Source: Octopus sinensis (lineage: Eukaryota). From it: a stretch of DNA of 64,000 bases. The notes below the pieces were generated by a model. It did not search any database and was not told the origin of the DNA. It saw only the letters and a program-made list of their open reading frames with translations. Shown piece by piece: positions 12,761-27,407 of this stretch. The stretch's first letter is position 1, and each line of letters begins with the position of its first letter. The position numbers and the translations under genes were made by a program. The DNA lies in the NCBI RefSeq assembly GCF_006345805.1, contig NC_043003.1, positions 75,082,001 to 75,146,000 on the forward strand, read 5' to 3'.

Positions 12761-13994
12761 AGACATATATACATACGTACATTTAAAAGATGAAACCATC
12801 GACTTGCTTGAAAATTATAAACTCATTGCTTGCCTAAACATTATGGATAAGCTGTACAGAAGCTACCTCATTTAAATCCTCCACGTCATTGTGAGTCCAA
12901 CACCATAGTGACTGCTGAGCGAGCTGGAGGAACGAAGGGTGTTCGAAAGCTGTGCCGAACAAATTCCGATAACCAAGTCTTTACTATCTGAGGTAAAAAA
13001 AAAAAATTAAATAAACATGGTAGGAGCCTTACAACATTATGGCTCGATTATAGAAAGGAATCTGACCCTATTCCCCACTGATGGCGGCTAAAGTGTATCC
13101 ATTTCGTAAAAGCGTGTGTGCGTGTATGTGTGTGTGTTATTTGTATATAAATTGCCCTTTTTACTACAAGAGAATTTTTTTCCTGCACGTTAAATGCAGT
13201 GCATTTGCCTTCTAGCAGTTGGAACACATTTCACTATACCTAATTCTGCCCATACATAGACACTGCTTAGCGGTAACAAATCGTTATTTTCCTTCGAGCG
13301 GACGTAATCCTAGCGCAAATCAGTCAACGTGTTGACTGAATCATATATAAATCTGTAGTTTTATAAGTCCGTTTAGAGTGGCCTCTCTTTGGTACATCTC
13401 ATCGAAAATAGATTAGAAGCTTCCAACCTCGATGTCTGAGATTCCTAATAGATGACGACTTTTGAAGCACCGGGTGTTTTTAGCATAAGTGAGATTTTTT
13501 CATTACGTTAATTACAAAGTTTATACCTTTTAGAAGTTGAAATATGTGACAAACATATGTGAACTCACCTAATTCTGCTCATACATAAACACTGCTTAGT
13601 GCTAATAATTCGTTATATATAAGTATGTATGTATGTATTCTTAAAAGAAAAATGATTAATTATAACAAAAATAGTACGAAAAACAAAATGGCATGATTAT
13701 TTTCGAAGGAAGATTCCGTGTTGAGTTAAGCATTCTTGCTGTTGATAACATTTTAAACACGTTTTTGAAAAACTGAACAGCGTGTGCGCTTAACATAATA
13801 ATACAACTTTCTTTTAGAATGTTCGTGTCAGTTTGTTTTAAAAGATTTTTTAAATATCGCTGATAATTTTTAATTAAAGGAATGTTTTTTCAGCTACGTA
13901 TACTCTATACACATAAACGTACATGTACACACCGAGGCACACACTCACACGGGAATATATATATATATGTATGTACATATATGTATATGTATGC

Positions 13995-14025
<31 letters not shown>

Positions 14026-14080
14026 TCTATCTCTCTGTATCAATGTCAATCTATCTATAGTTTTTGTATACATAAATATG

Positions 14081-14142
<62 letters not shown>

Positions 14143-16619
14143 TACAGATATATATATATATATATATATGTATACACGCACATACATACACAGACACATA
14201 TACACACACACAAATATATATATACACCTATCTTTTTCTCGCCATCTTAGTGCAGCTACATCATGATATTTCGATCGTTGTCATTTCTTTGTTCCGGTTT
14301 ATTATAAGAATTTTTGCATTTCATTTCTTTGACGTCGGCACGAAATTTACAATCCACTACGGCGGACCTTCGATTTGTGTGGGCGTCTACAGTGAAATGC
14401 CGTATTAATTATTCCTTTTCTTCGCGTTAATGAACTATATTCTCTGACAAATTTCCAATCACCATTAGTGTTCACTCTGTTGTTCACTCTGTTCACTCTA
14501 TAGTGTTCACTCTTTTGCAAACATTCATTTGTTGTTTGAGATATCTTCCTCCTCTTTAACTACTTTCTTTCGGTGAGCATGTAATGTCTGATTGGCAAGG
14601 ATTTCCCGTTTGACCTCTATGTTTACGTGCGTGTATATACCATTATTCTCCTTCTCATATTACCATATTCAATTGATATCTATCGAGTTCGAATATTTCA
14701 TTCGATTACATTTGTATATATGTTCAATAATCATCGAATATAGCACCAAATCTTTTATATCTTTTCGATAAATTGTGCATATTACAGACCAGTGGGTATA
14801 TCAGAGGAAACGCTTTACAAAGAATCAAATCAACGAATATTGCATTGTAATAGAGTTTTCTTATCTCATTTTCTCAAACTGATATGCTGAAAACAAATAT
14901 TGTTTTGATTTTTATCGGATACTGCTAAATCCATAACACGGGTGCTTCCCGTACAACATAAATTGTTACGTTATGCTACTGCATGAACGAAAATTTCTGT
15001 TTGACAGGGCTAAGATTCTTTTGCACCTGAAGAATGCACAAAATATTTGTTCAATATCAAATTATCAATTTAAAAAAAAATAATAATCTTGCATATTTAT
15101 AAATATTTCCGATAGAAAGAATAGAACAAGAGAATTGTGTTTGCCCATGTTTTCCGTCTCCAGTCTTAAAAATGATATTGTCATTCGTTCTTCCAATTTG
15201 TTTCAAGGGTATGGAAGCAATCATAACGTAACTATCCTGAGTGTGAATTCTAGATGAAATTGGGGAAATGCGTTTCAGTTTAGCCGGAAGATAGATACCA
15301 TATATACAAGGTACTACTATAAATAAGATTTTGCATAACACCGATTGTAATAGGGAGACTGGTGTACCCGTGATGTAACTGTTCCGTCAGTTTTATGAAT
15401 GTGGTTCAAAATAGTCTCCTTGTGTCAGCTTGGATTCCAAAGAACAGAAAGTGTATTCCCCTTCGTTTTCATATAGTAAACCGTTATATTTTCTCTTCAC
15501 GCAATTTTACATCTATAGCGAGAGGAGGGTTAACGTTGTTGTTGAAATTGATAATTGTAAGCAAACTCACAACAATCATCTTTAGCAATAAGTACAGTCT
15601 ATCTTGTGAGATTTTGCTTGGAATATAAGAAACTAGTATTTGTTGCTTAGTTGAACAAATCTTGCCAAGATGCCACACACAATCCAATGGCAAATTTTTA
15701 CTTTTTACATTCTATTTTTGTGAAAAATTTTGACGTACAATATCGCAACTTTGGTTTCTGATCCTCAGAGTCTGAATTTTAAACATTAGTAATATATTAT
15801 CTTTGCATATTTAACATTGAATCTCATTTCGTGTCAAAGCTTATTTAGAATGTGGAAAATGTATGAATTCGTTAGTTGGCTACAGCAATATTTAGATATT
15901 TATTCAAAAATATTATTATATCCTCCAGATATCTATGAGTCAACGTAATCTAATGAAATTTATCGATCCAATAAACGAAGCAAATAAATATTCGCAAACG
16001 CTATCAATTTTACAAATTTGATAATCTTTTCAGTAGATCGTTATCTATTATAAACAAAATTATGAATTTTGTCGATATGAAGAACTCAAACGTTGAATTT
16101 CACATTTGCGCTTAATCATCATGTGTATATATGTGAGTGTGCGTGTGTGTGTCTATATGTATGTGTATTTTATGTGCGCTTGTATTCCCGTGTGCGCAGA
16201 TCTGTGTGCGTGTTTGTGAGCGTGTGTGTGTGTATGTGTGAGTGTTTGAGTAAGTGTGGCTCTGTAAATATATATGTATATAGACAGATAGATGAAGTAA
16301 TCTCCTACTTATACTCAGCATTATACTCCGACTTGAAATACTAATGTAATATCCATGTATTACTTCTGGAGTTGTAAATACTACGTACTTGCATAAATTT
16401 TGTGCATACCAACGCAGATCATATATATAAATGTAGCTCATCAGGCTACTGAAGAATAAGAAAATGTCCTATTTAAGACGGATGCACTTAGAAATTGGAA
16501 ACAAAAACGAACTCTCCCACAAAAAGGAAAGAGAAGGAGAGAGAGAGAGAAAAAGAAGATGAGAAAACATAGATTTGGGAAACATTAAAACAAGTCTTAA
16601 ATCTCTCTATAAAATTTCA

Positions 16620-18070
16620 AAGGTAACAACCACAGTTGACCATGGTTTCATTTAAATAGCTGACTGTCTGCAGATGCGAAAAGGAAAGAGCAAAGTGTTA
16701 GTGAGCAATTTAAAAGCATTTTCAGATAAATAGAACCGGCTGAACTCTTTAACATGGCAGATCTCCAAACAAAGGCGGCAGCCATCGGTTACAGCGACAT
16801 AGATAAAGCAGATGTACCAGAGGCCACAGACAAAATTAGCTTAAGCTCAGCAACTGGCCCTAATGGCTTGGCAGCGATCCTCCTAATGTCACGTAAGAAT
16901 GCTTTAGAGCGAAACTACTTCAGATCCCTTTCCAAAGATACTTTGCAAAGGGCAAACTTCCTGAAATGCTAAAAGAATGTATTATATGCATTATTCATGA
17001 AAGTGATGGCAGAATAGAGGCTAAAAACTTTATGCCAATCTCTCTGACTTCCTTGAAGAAAATTATATATTAAAACATACGCAGCATTTCTTCCACTCAG
17101 GGAGAGGCTGCCTCACACAGATCTTACAGCTCTATTGGTTTTAAAGAAGCTGCTTAACTAATCAAGTGTCGATGGTATATATCTTGACTTCGCAAAGGCC
17201 TTTGATACGGTAGAACATAACATGATATGTCACAAGCTGTAAGACCTTGGTATAGCTAGTAATCTGAAAGTGTGGCTGCATTAATTCTTAAAATACAGAA
17301 GTCATGTATTTGCAGCCAATGGTACCTTCTCTGAAGAAACGCAAATTCTGGATGGGGATTCTTGGGGGTATTACTGTTATTAATCGCTCTCTGAGGCATG
17401 CCAACTGCCACTTAAACAGCCACTGTCACTAGCTACGCCGATGATACCAAATTGTCACAGGCAATACAGAATACAGACGATCTCGTAAGCTTACAACTGC
17501 AACTGAATACAATATAGAAGTGATCAGAATAAAACGACAATCAGTTTAATTCTAGAAAACTTCAGTCACTGCGCTATCAGCTCACCAACGAAGGTACTGC
17601 AATCTCAGAATCTAAGATGGTGAGAGCATTTCAGATGCACATTACTAAGATGGCAACAAATTGCAAACAAATTGTAGGCGTGATGCTAAGGCCGGTCAAG
17701 ACAAGCGACGAAGCTCTTTGGAGGAGTTTTGTTCGCAGCCGCTTGCTCTCATTACTGCTCTCATCTGCTACCACCACATAGCGCCAAACGAAGAGCGGAA
17801 CTTGAAGCGGCCCAACGATACTACACTAAAACGCCTGTGCGCAGAAGATGAACTAAAAGGAGAGGCTGCAAAAAATACGTCTTACTCCCTGGGGCAAATA
17901 ATCTACACATAGAAAAGTCGAGAAGAGATAATACCTAATTTTGGTATTCAGTTGAACAAATTCTCGAAATTAACACCCATTTATTGTAAAATCAGGACGA
18001 ATAACTTCAATAGCTTACATTTCAAAAGACCATAGATCTTCATTATCCTGCAAAAGAAAGTTAAGCAAGC
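16620..18070 (+). pseudogene. CR1-like LINE reverse transcriptase relic
   Basis: SSATGPNG, then DGIYLDFAKAFDTVEHNMICHKL at about 17171-17240, then SYADDTKLSQAI at about 17430-17465. Many stops and frameshifts. Confidence 0.88.
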
Positions 18071-18199
18071 CTAGACAATATAGACATGGATGACTCCAAA
18101 AAGGAACTCGAATTCTCCTACCACTATAGTGGATGTCACAGATAAGAGCCATAATGTCAAACTCCGTCTTACAACAAATGATGTTAGAAACAAAGGAAA

Positions 18200-18700
18200 G
18201 AGCATATGCAGTGGTAGCGATGTGAAATCCCGCCGCCCTCAGGAAATAAGCCAAACAAGAATGATATGCAAAAGTAGAAAAGCTCGGTTCTCAAGTATGA
18301 CGGAAGCCACATGGTTGAAAGGCATTAAAAATATGCATATATGTATAAGCATAGGAAGGACCATAAACTTCGTTGGACTGAGGGTCCTAATAGAAACCGA
18401 ACTGAAAAACGTGGATTTCTTTGATGTGACCCTGGACATGGAGTCCGGTAGTTATAGACCCTTTAGAATGCCAATCTAGAATCTATCATTAGCACAGGTT
18501 CTTGTCATCCAGCCATTGTTTTCAAGAACCTGGTTAAGGGCGACAGGAGGACATCCAGGTTATCTTGAAGCAAAGAGATGATGTTGCCCGTACTACAATG
18601 AGGCTCTGGTCATCAGCGGTTTCAAGGATTGAATTAGTCACACGGCAGACATTAGCTACTCCAAGAGAAAGTGCAACTCGAAAGTGCTGCGCGTCAATAG
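18200..18700 (+). pseudogene. Penelope-like (Neptune-type) RT/thumb relic
   Basis: LRVLIETELKNVDFFDVTLDMESGSYRPFRMP, followed by SCHPAIVFKNLVKG and PYYNEAL..SGFKD. Confidence 0.85.
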
Positions 18701-18879
18701 AAACCAATTCGTAAGACAGGTAGTTAGTTAGTTATGTAGGTAGGTAAGTAGAGAGAGAGCGTAAGATAAATAATAGATACATACATACATACACACATAC
18801 ATATGTACATGCATACATAGATACATAGCCCGATAGATACATTAAACTGATAGATAACTAGATAGATAGAAAGAAAGAT

Positions 18880-18954
<75 letters not shown>

Positions 18955-19346
18955 CAGATATACAGATAGACAGAAAGATAGATAGATAGATATATAGATA
19001 GACGCATATATATACTTTTACATACGCATATCCATATAATGCAATATTAGAGCTAGTTTTAATATATCGGAAAATTGAATGATGTCTCATCTTAACATGT
19101 ATCTCATAACAATGGCTTTCGTTGCCATTTTCGATTATCTGTAGTGTGTACACATATTCTGGGTGTGCTTTTTGCCAGCGCATATCTACTAAAATCTTAA
19201 ATCCTTCTTGTATAGTAAGTACACTAAATAATAATACAGTGTGTTTATTATAATGTCTCTTGTCCCTACAAACGGTCACATATCGTTTCTTGCTATTGTA
19301 GTGTACACACCATCCGTATTTTTTATCACTGTATATATATATATAA

Positions 19347-19442
<96 letters not shown>

Positions 19443-19779
19443 AATGTCAACACAATCGTCATGTGATAAAAAGAAACTCCAAAAGCGAGCAATATTTCAT
19501 ACGTTCATATCTTTTATTACTTGAGTTTACACGCTTCTAAACACTATATATTTGTTCCATCACTTTTCATTCTTCCCTAAGTAATTAGCTTCTTAATTTT
19601 TCCTACTAATGAAATTATTTATTATTCCTTTCCGTATTTCTAACTGAGATGTGCTGGAGGTTTCAAATGTCAATGTTGATATACGAATACCTTTATAGCT
19701 AAAAGATGATTCCAGAAAACATTTTGTTACCACCAGTCAAATGTGTTTGAGAAATTAAATTATTTTCCATGAGATGAAA

Positions 19780-19960
19780 TTTAATAATTACCCTACGCAC
19801 GCAAGCTAAAGCAGGGCATTGCAACCATTCGTCTTTGTCTGTTTCTCTATGAGCTTGCAAAATTGCTGGAAGGCGTCTGAACAGATTTTCATCAAATTCG
19901 GTAGAAATACGCATTGGGAGTGGCTCGAAATAATTTGGTTTGAATATCTTCAAACATACA
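19780..19960 (-). mobile_element. Possible non-autonomous Helitron/Helentron-type (DINE/HINE-like) fragment
   Basis: Minus strand GAATTTGATGAAAATCTGTTCAG...GAGAAACAGAC resembles the core of such elements. Based on recalled resemblance only. Confidence 0.35.
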
Positions 19961-22900
19961 TATATACCTACATAGATATGTGACTGTATCCGTATATGTG
20001 CGTCTTTGCGTGCGTGTGTGTGTGTGTGTGTATGTTTGTGAGTGTGTGTGTGTGTGGTGTGTGTGTGTGTTGTGTGTGTGTGTGCGTGCGAGTGTGGCAT
20101 TCAGTGATGGATTCGAGGATTTCGTTTACTTACGAGTTGATTTCTTAATTTTACTTGAGTATAAATACCTATCATGGTGAAACGCATTTCAAATTATATA
20201 CAATATTTTCTATAAGTATTTCATTTTGTTCGACCCTTGTCTGCGTGTGTACGGGTCATGCGTGTACACAAGTGAGTGTACATACATACTACATAAATAC
20301 ATACATAGATATGCGTCTGTACGTGTGTGTTTGTATGTGCGTGTGTGCATCTACAGTAATGTTTAGGAGTGGTTTCTTATATTTACGAGTTGATTTCAAC
20401 AGAGTATAAATACCTGTAATGGTGATAGTTAAAAAAACAATAACTCAGTTCAATTAAAAGACGTGGGTAAGCAGCTCATTGTAAGCCACACTGTAATTTG
20501 CAAAAACAAAATATCTGTATGCATGGTAAGCATCTCCCATCTGATGCCTTTTTTCTTTCTTCATTACTTTTGTATTTTACCTCTAACAATGCAACAATAT
20601 CATCGACATTATAAGCATCTTACTGGAGCTTTACAAGCCTTACAACGTTGTTTTAGCTAATAAGAATAATATAGTATTATTCAATACGTTAACGGTGAGA
20701 TTTGTTAGCGATTTCATACATACTTCACTCTGTTAACATATCCAACAATACAATCTGTGATAACCTTTGGAAAATAACTGCATAGACGTAGCTAGAAATA
20801 ATTCAATATCGGCTTACGCAATTCTGTTTGATAGTATATATAACAGACCACCACAGTATTATCGCCGATATTATCGGGGAGTTTCACTTATAATCTAGCT
20901 ACCATATCCTACTGCTAAATAATCTAGAACACTGTAATTAATTCAAAATGAAAATATTAGTGTTTTCTGTGTCAAGGCAGATTCACTTGTAAACTTATTG
21001 GTACAGAATGAGCATTTGAGCTATATCTGTGACGAAATTTTTGAATTGGTAATCGAAATATTGTCATGGTTTCGAAGATGATTTTTGTTTTTTACTAAAT
21101 TGACTTTGATTGTCGCTGAACCGTGAAACTAATCTATTCCACTGCAATTTTTATTACGCCATCGATCTACTCTGCTTGAACTAATGTGACTGCCACTGAA
21201 CCATGGGACTTCTTTGTTTCAGTGCGTTTGTCAAAAATCCGGGGTTTTTTTCCATTTGTACATTCATTTATTGTCCACTTTTAAAATTAGTTTGCATACA
21301 TTTAAATTAAGGATAAATAATTGATTACTTCATATAACTTTGTTCTACAGTTGACCTCAAGCAGGAACAGAACAACTCTTTGAGAAATTCTCCTTTCGGT
21401 GGATCTTTCTAACAAAAAGAGCAGCTAGATCTCACCAAATTCAGATTATGCAAGATTTATGATAATAGATGTTTAGTTTAATATATATTTAGCGGATGCT
21501 GATATTTTGAACATGTTTTGTTCTTAGCTCACTTATGAGGTTGATAATGATACGTGAAGGTGCATAACATAACTATTGTGTGGTAATGCCTACTTCCCTT
21601 TCGACCTACATTCTCCGATTTGTTGGTTTTCTGAAATTTTAAACACTTATGGTGGAGTCAATGTCTAAGTTCCAGAGAAATTCTCATTCGGATGTAATTA
21701 TTCTATGACATTTATTTCATATGTAATCCACTTCGTTGTTCTTTCTACTAAGAGACGTTGTTTCAATTCTGTCGTTTCCGCTACCAAATACTCCTAACCG
21801 TGGGTAATTCTGTTGCTACCACACCTACAGCCATGTGTTTTAAGCGGCTGATTTCTGAGCTCTTTATACGCTAATCACGGCGCTGTGAATCTGATACATG
21901 TTTTCCGCGGCAAAAGATCTATTCTCAGAATCTGTCTTCTCTCCATATCAAAAACTATTTTAACAACCACATTTGCTTTGAGTTTCATTGCTGCTACGGC
22001 ACAGCCAGTCTGGTCTCCTTTCTTTCTGAATGTTATCAACGCCAAAATAACTAACACTACATATCAGCTGAAGCAAAATCTATTACACATTGTCTCAGTA
22101 TTTCATCAATGTTATTTACATAACACTGTTTATAGAAACAGCAACAATATAAAATGTAACTACAAAGGAATAGGCAAGAACAAAAATAACACTCAAATTA
22201 TTAATGGACAGGACCACTAGCAGAAGTATAAATACAATATCGATAGTGGAGTAATACATTATTGAACTGCCAGTTAAATAATTGTATACTGAAATTAAAT
22301 AATAGAACACCTGTTGTGCGTCGACATTGCCAATACAAACAAAATAATGGCGTAGGGCAAAATAAGTTAGCATAAATGTCTTTGAGTTGCGGAAATATTT
22401 CTTTAATGGTGTAATATCATCGTATACAATGTACCGTTACAAACGATCCTTATTACGCTATAATGACGTGCTGTGCTGGCTTCAATAGAACAAAAGTTCT
22501 AGCTAGGCAAGGAACCATTTTGCTCTATAAATTATTGAGTAATAAATGTGTTTACAGCAGATTGTCGACATTACATTCTTACATTTCCCGTATTTATTTT
22601 GTTTCTAATGAAATTTGTTGGGTTTCTTTGTTGATTTAATGTTGCACTAGCGTGTGTACATACTCTGTATGTAATTAAAAGTTGTTAATGGGCAAGGTAA
22701 CTCCATAATTATATTAATTTCGATGTATATGTATATTCCAACATATATTTTGAGTGTTTGCTACACTAGCAGACCAACACACACACACACACACTCACTC
22801 ACTAATATTATATGTAAATATGTATGTGTGTGAGTGTAGGTATATGCGTGCACGCGCATGAGTGTAACTTCATATGTGCGTCTGTGTGTGTGTGTGGTAA

Positions 22901-23067
22901 CAGATTTGCAAGCGTAGAGAATCGCTTTAAGTGTGCTTTTAAAGTTTCCCTCTGTTCATATGCTGACAAAAACAAGCCTAAATCTCTGGAGTTAATGTTT
23001 CTGTTGAATGTTGCATTTGTCCTGAAAATCGATACAAATCTTTCCTTACATGTGTAGAAGTTAGATC

Positions 23068-23720
23068 TGTAGTGAGACAGGGAGCCCTAATTTATTGTCG
23101 CGTATTGGTATGGTTGTGCTGTGGCAACATCACCTAATCAGAGATTGCCTCCTATTAACACAAAAAGCAGGCCTTTGTCCAGCGGTAATCGCGTTTTTGG
23201 TTACTTAGCAGTAGACGTCGACGCGAGTAACGTCTATCCTCATTAGTCAGTTGCATGACATGAAGCAACTAACATGACTTTTTCATTATGAAACAGATCC
23301 CTGCTTTTCACTCACACTTAGCGCTGCAAACTATTGGATTATATTACGCTTGTCACGCTGAACACATCCTGAACTTATTCTATGTTTTTTTTTTCTTTGG
23401 TGAATTCCAGCTGAACGCTAACTATATCGAGTGGCCCATTCTTGTTAATGTTAACTGACAGTTACTTCCAAATACTAGCTCCTTACTTCAGACTACTATC
23501 TTATCTTGGCTTGCAACTAGATCGTTCATGTAAACGTAAGTTAGTCAGCTTCCCTGGCTCACATACATACACTTACAGGCCACATGTCTCGCTACTTGTC
23601 AGCACCTGTTCTACTACTGAATAAATTATAATGTTTGTTATTAAATCGAGTATCTGTTGCATTGCATCTTTACTGTTACGATGACTTTCCATATTGTTTA
23701 CCTATTACTTTAGTAACACG
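23068..23720 (+). mobile_element. Putative 5' LTR of the Gypsy relic
   Basis: Starts TGTAGT, contains AATAAA near 23620, and ends near ...GTAACA just before a PBS-like TGGTGACCCGAA at 23729-23740. No second LTR was found to confirm it. Confidence 0.5.
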
Positions 23721-23728
23721 CTAAAAAT

Positions 23729-25930
23729 TGGTGACCCGAACGTTTAAATGTTTCCTTCAGAAATATTTACCAAAAGATAATGATTGAAAAGAGCTATTTG
23801 AACAACTTTCAACATCTTTCACACACACACACACACACATTTATAAAAACCTTCACTGTTTTGCTGTTTCATGCATGTTGTATTCCTTGGTTAGTATGAA
23901 TTGCTCTACGTTAACAAAGTTCAGTGGTGATGTAAGGGTTTGATTTGCACAAATAGAGGCACATTTCGCTGCAAACAACATTATATCGGGGCAGTATCAA
24001 CTACAGATATTGTTGAGCGCAATTCTAGCTTCCTTGACGGCTCCTTTGAAAGATCTCATCACAGACACACCTCAAGAGTCTTCCTATTTTTCCATCAAAT
24101 TTGAAGTCCTCAGTCGGAAATCTCTTTCCGGGGAGAACGTTTTCGCACCTTAGTTAATTAAGAACAATTCGGCGACAGGACGCCGACCCAATACCTTAGC
24201 AGGATGCGATAACTTACAGAGGGAACACCTGTGGACAGGGTAATACTTATAAATCTTTTCTTCTGCCATTTGCCATCAAACTTACAAGACATCCTCGCCT
24301 CTATGATGGAAATCAGTTATGAGGACCAGTTGGTTTCCTCAGCCAACAAGATATTATATTACACTGGCGACAGTGTTGCTGTCAAACCTGCCCGGGTTCC
24401 TGCTATTGTTTATCATTCGTCTCCAGTGGCATCTGTGTTGACGCATCATTTTTCGATTCAAGCTGCAAAGCTACAGGCCATTCTGGAGGTGACTGGAGGG
24501 GTCAAACTTTTACGTGCTGCGCGGAATGCTTCTCCACGCGTAAGGTAGTTCAGTTGTTCATCTTCTGCTAGATGACATTCTTTCTCTCCTTCATCTTCGT
24601 CAACACACTGGTGGTATCACAGACGCTTTGGTGCTGCTACCCAGAAACGTACTTAACCGCGTGCTCATTCAAATCAGGGGAACACCACAATGAAACGCTG
24701 AGCACGACAGCTGCTCCCGGTTCGCACACTCATAATCGTGAGTTTTTGCTCTAGGATTTATTATCGTACACACTTTTTCGTATTCGTTCTGGTGCTGCCT
24801 GTGCTATTTGGCCACTTAAATTCATTGGAGGTAAACTTCCTCCTTCTGCAATTACCCTGCAAACTGTGAACAAATTTCTCTTTCATTGGATTTGGCCCTG
24901 TGAAGTGGTTTCAAATGGGATTTCATCATCGTCGACCTGACTTACCCAATACTCGGTGCGGATTTTTTCCCACCACTACTTTCTTATGGTTGATTTTCAT
25001 AAGAAGCGACTTTTGGACAGCACTTTCTGTTTTTGGCCGAATGTCGAATACCTCTGAGTTAGCCCATTATTCTTTATTGCAGCGTCTGGGAACCTATATA
25101 AATCAATTTTAGATTCTTCCCTAAAGCTCACCAACCCAAATTTCTAAATGAGTAAACCTGCTGGCTCTACAAAACATTTTATCTCTATGAATGATGCTTC
25201 ATTTTTTCGCTTCCTAGACTTCTGCCTCCAGAAAAGCTCAGAGCAGCCAAAGCTGGATTTGATCACGTACTGCAGTTCGGAATTATATACCCTTCCACAA
25301 GCCAACGGGCCTCGCCCTTACATATCGTCACCAAGAACTCTGGCATTTGGAGGCATCTAAATGCTAGCACCGTTCCTCATAGTATCCAATTCCTCATCTC
25401 CAGAATTCTTCTTCCTCATTGCATGAATGTACTGTATTTTACAAGCTCGATCTCTTGAGGGCTTATCACAAGACTCCCGTCTACCCTGCGGACATTCCAA
25501 AGACTGCAGTAACAACTCCATTCGTCTCCTTCGAATTCTTGACTATGCCCCCCACCCCGAAATGATACCAGCACCTATCAGTGGTTCATAGACGAAATCA
25601 TTCGTAGACTAGATTTCGTTATGCCTCTTTCGATGATCTCTTAATTGTCAATTCTTTATCTGAAGACCATGCTCAACATGTAAAGTTACCCTTCCAGCAC
25701 CTTAACCAATATAAAGATCGGAATAACCCTGCTGAATGTGTTTTTTTTTTACACATACTCTCTTGTGTTTCTTGATCACATCATAGACAGAAAGAGCATT
25801 TGACCTCTTCCTGAGAAAGTGCGAGCTAGTGAGGAATTTCCTCCTCCGATTTCCCTTCTTCAATTACTTCATATCCTTGGCTTTCTTAACGTTTATCGCC
25901 GCCTTATACCGCATTGCAGTCTTAGATAGG
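23729..25930 (+). pseudogene. Ty3/Gypsy gag-protease-RT relic
   Basis: Gag-like FAQIEAHFAANNI and FGDRTPTQYL; Zn-knuckle-like WYHRRFG; RT YPIPHLQ...TVFYKLDLLRAYHKTPVYPADIPKTAVTTPFVSFEFLTMP and a degenerate DD motif (FDDLLI). Confidence 0.92.
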
Positions 25931-25939
25931 ATAATCTAC

Positions 25940-26650
25940 AATGTGTCGCCACTATGCAAACCCTATGAAGCGAAGAATAATGTATAGAACTTCATGCACC
26001 GCATGCAATTCTCTGGAAATAATCAGAAAGATAGGGTTCGAGTATCCAGGAGTGCAAGAAAGAAATTACATAACATTATATGTAGTGAAACCAGTGCTAC
26101 GTGCTCTAGATATAGAAGTAAAGACTGGAATAGAATACAAAGGGCTTGTGAGAAAGCAAATAGTAACCACGAGATATAAATCCGACAAATATCAAGAGTG
26201 TGTTTGTAGAGGCCACAGCTAATGGAGAACTAGCCCGTAGATTTAGGAAGGCTCTGAACAAGACCAAACTCAACATTAAGATCGTTGAATAGCCAGAGAG
26301 CGTCAATGTAGGACGTACTGCTTTGAGAATACCATATGCACCAATGATAACTGCATTATATGTAGGATTAACCCAGGCATAAACTGTAGAAATGTGGTCT
26401 ACAGTAAAAAGTGCATAGAATGTGCTTGTAGAAATATGAACATGATATAAATAGGAAGGACATCTAGGAGCATTATGGAAAGACTAAATAAACATTTGAG
26501 TCAATAGGACGACAAAAGTCAATCCAACGTACACTACCCACGTGACAATACCAAATGGTGGCAATCAGGCTCAACTTAGCATCCGCATTTTATCTAAGCA
26601 CCCAATTGACCCAATCCTTAAAGAAATACATAAATGAAACATCCCCAGTA
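25940..26650 (+). pseudogene. Penelope-like GIY-YIG relic abutting the Gypsy RT
   Basis: NVVYSKKCIEC...*IGRTSRSIMERLNKHLSQ at about 26387-26505, preceded by a Cys-rich segment (CTNDNCIIC). Confidence 0.8.
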
Positions 26651-27356
26651 CTAAGAAGGAAATATGCGTAGCAGCTAACTTACCTCAATCCACAGTTTAT
26701 ATTGATAGTGATGTAGAACAATTGGCGGGATGTTATATAGCTGTATGTATGTATGGGTGTGTGTGTATACGTAAAAATATATGCACATATATGTAGGGAA
26801 ATGGATATGAATGTAAACAGACATACAGACAAGCGCACATATACACATATATACGCAAATGAAGATTGAAACATATGACCATATGCACACACATTCCACT
26901 TCACGCAAGAACACATATGGAGACACACATCCATACATACAGACACAGTACGTAGTCACAAAGACCCATACACAGACACACTGAGGCATGCTCATACAAG
27001 AAGACAAGTACAGACACACACACACCTAAAAACACATAAAAACACTCAAACACGAGCACACAAACATATGAATATGAAGAATACAAACAAATAAACGTAC
27101 ACATATAGACATATGCATAGGCACACGCACATGCATGCATACACACATACATATATATGTATGAGCACACACATACGTACAAACAAACAAAAGGAACACC
27201 GGACAGATAAGGGAGAGAGTCAACGACTATTGAAAAAGTTGGAAGACGCTACGAAAATTTTAGAAAAATAAATAAATGAGTGGAAAGTTTACCGGTGAGT
27301 GTGTTAAATAATAATGTACTAAAAGAAAATGACTCTCTCCAGACACAAACATATAT

Positions 27357-27407
<51 letters not shown>

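Noticed and set aside
12850-12995. GC-richer block ending GAG/GTAAAA as a candidate exon
   Set aside because: All three plus-strand frames contain stops before the donor. A non-coding exon cannot be excluded without RNA-seq.
18980-19340. Non-repetitive part of ORF 18842-19492
   Set aside because: The ORF stays open mainly through flanking microsatellites, and I recognised no motif. It may be a decayed TE.
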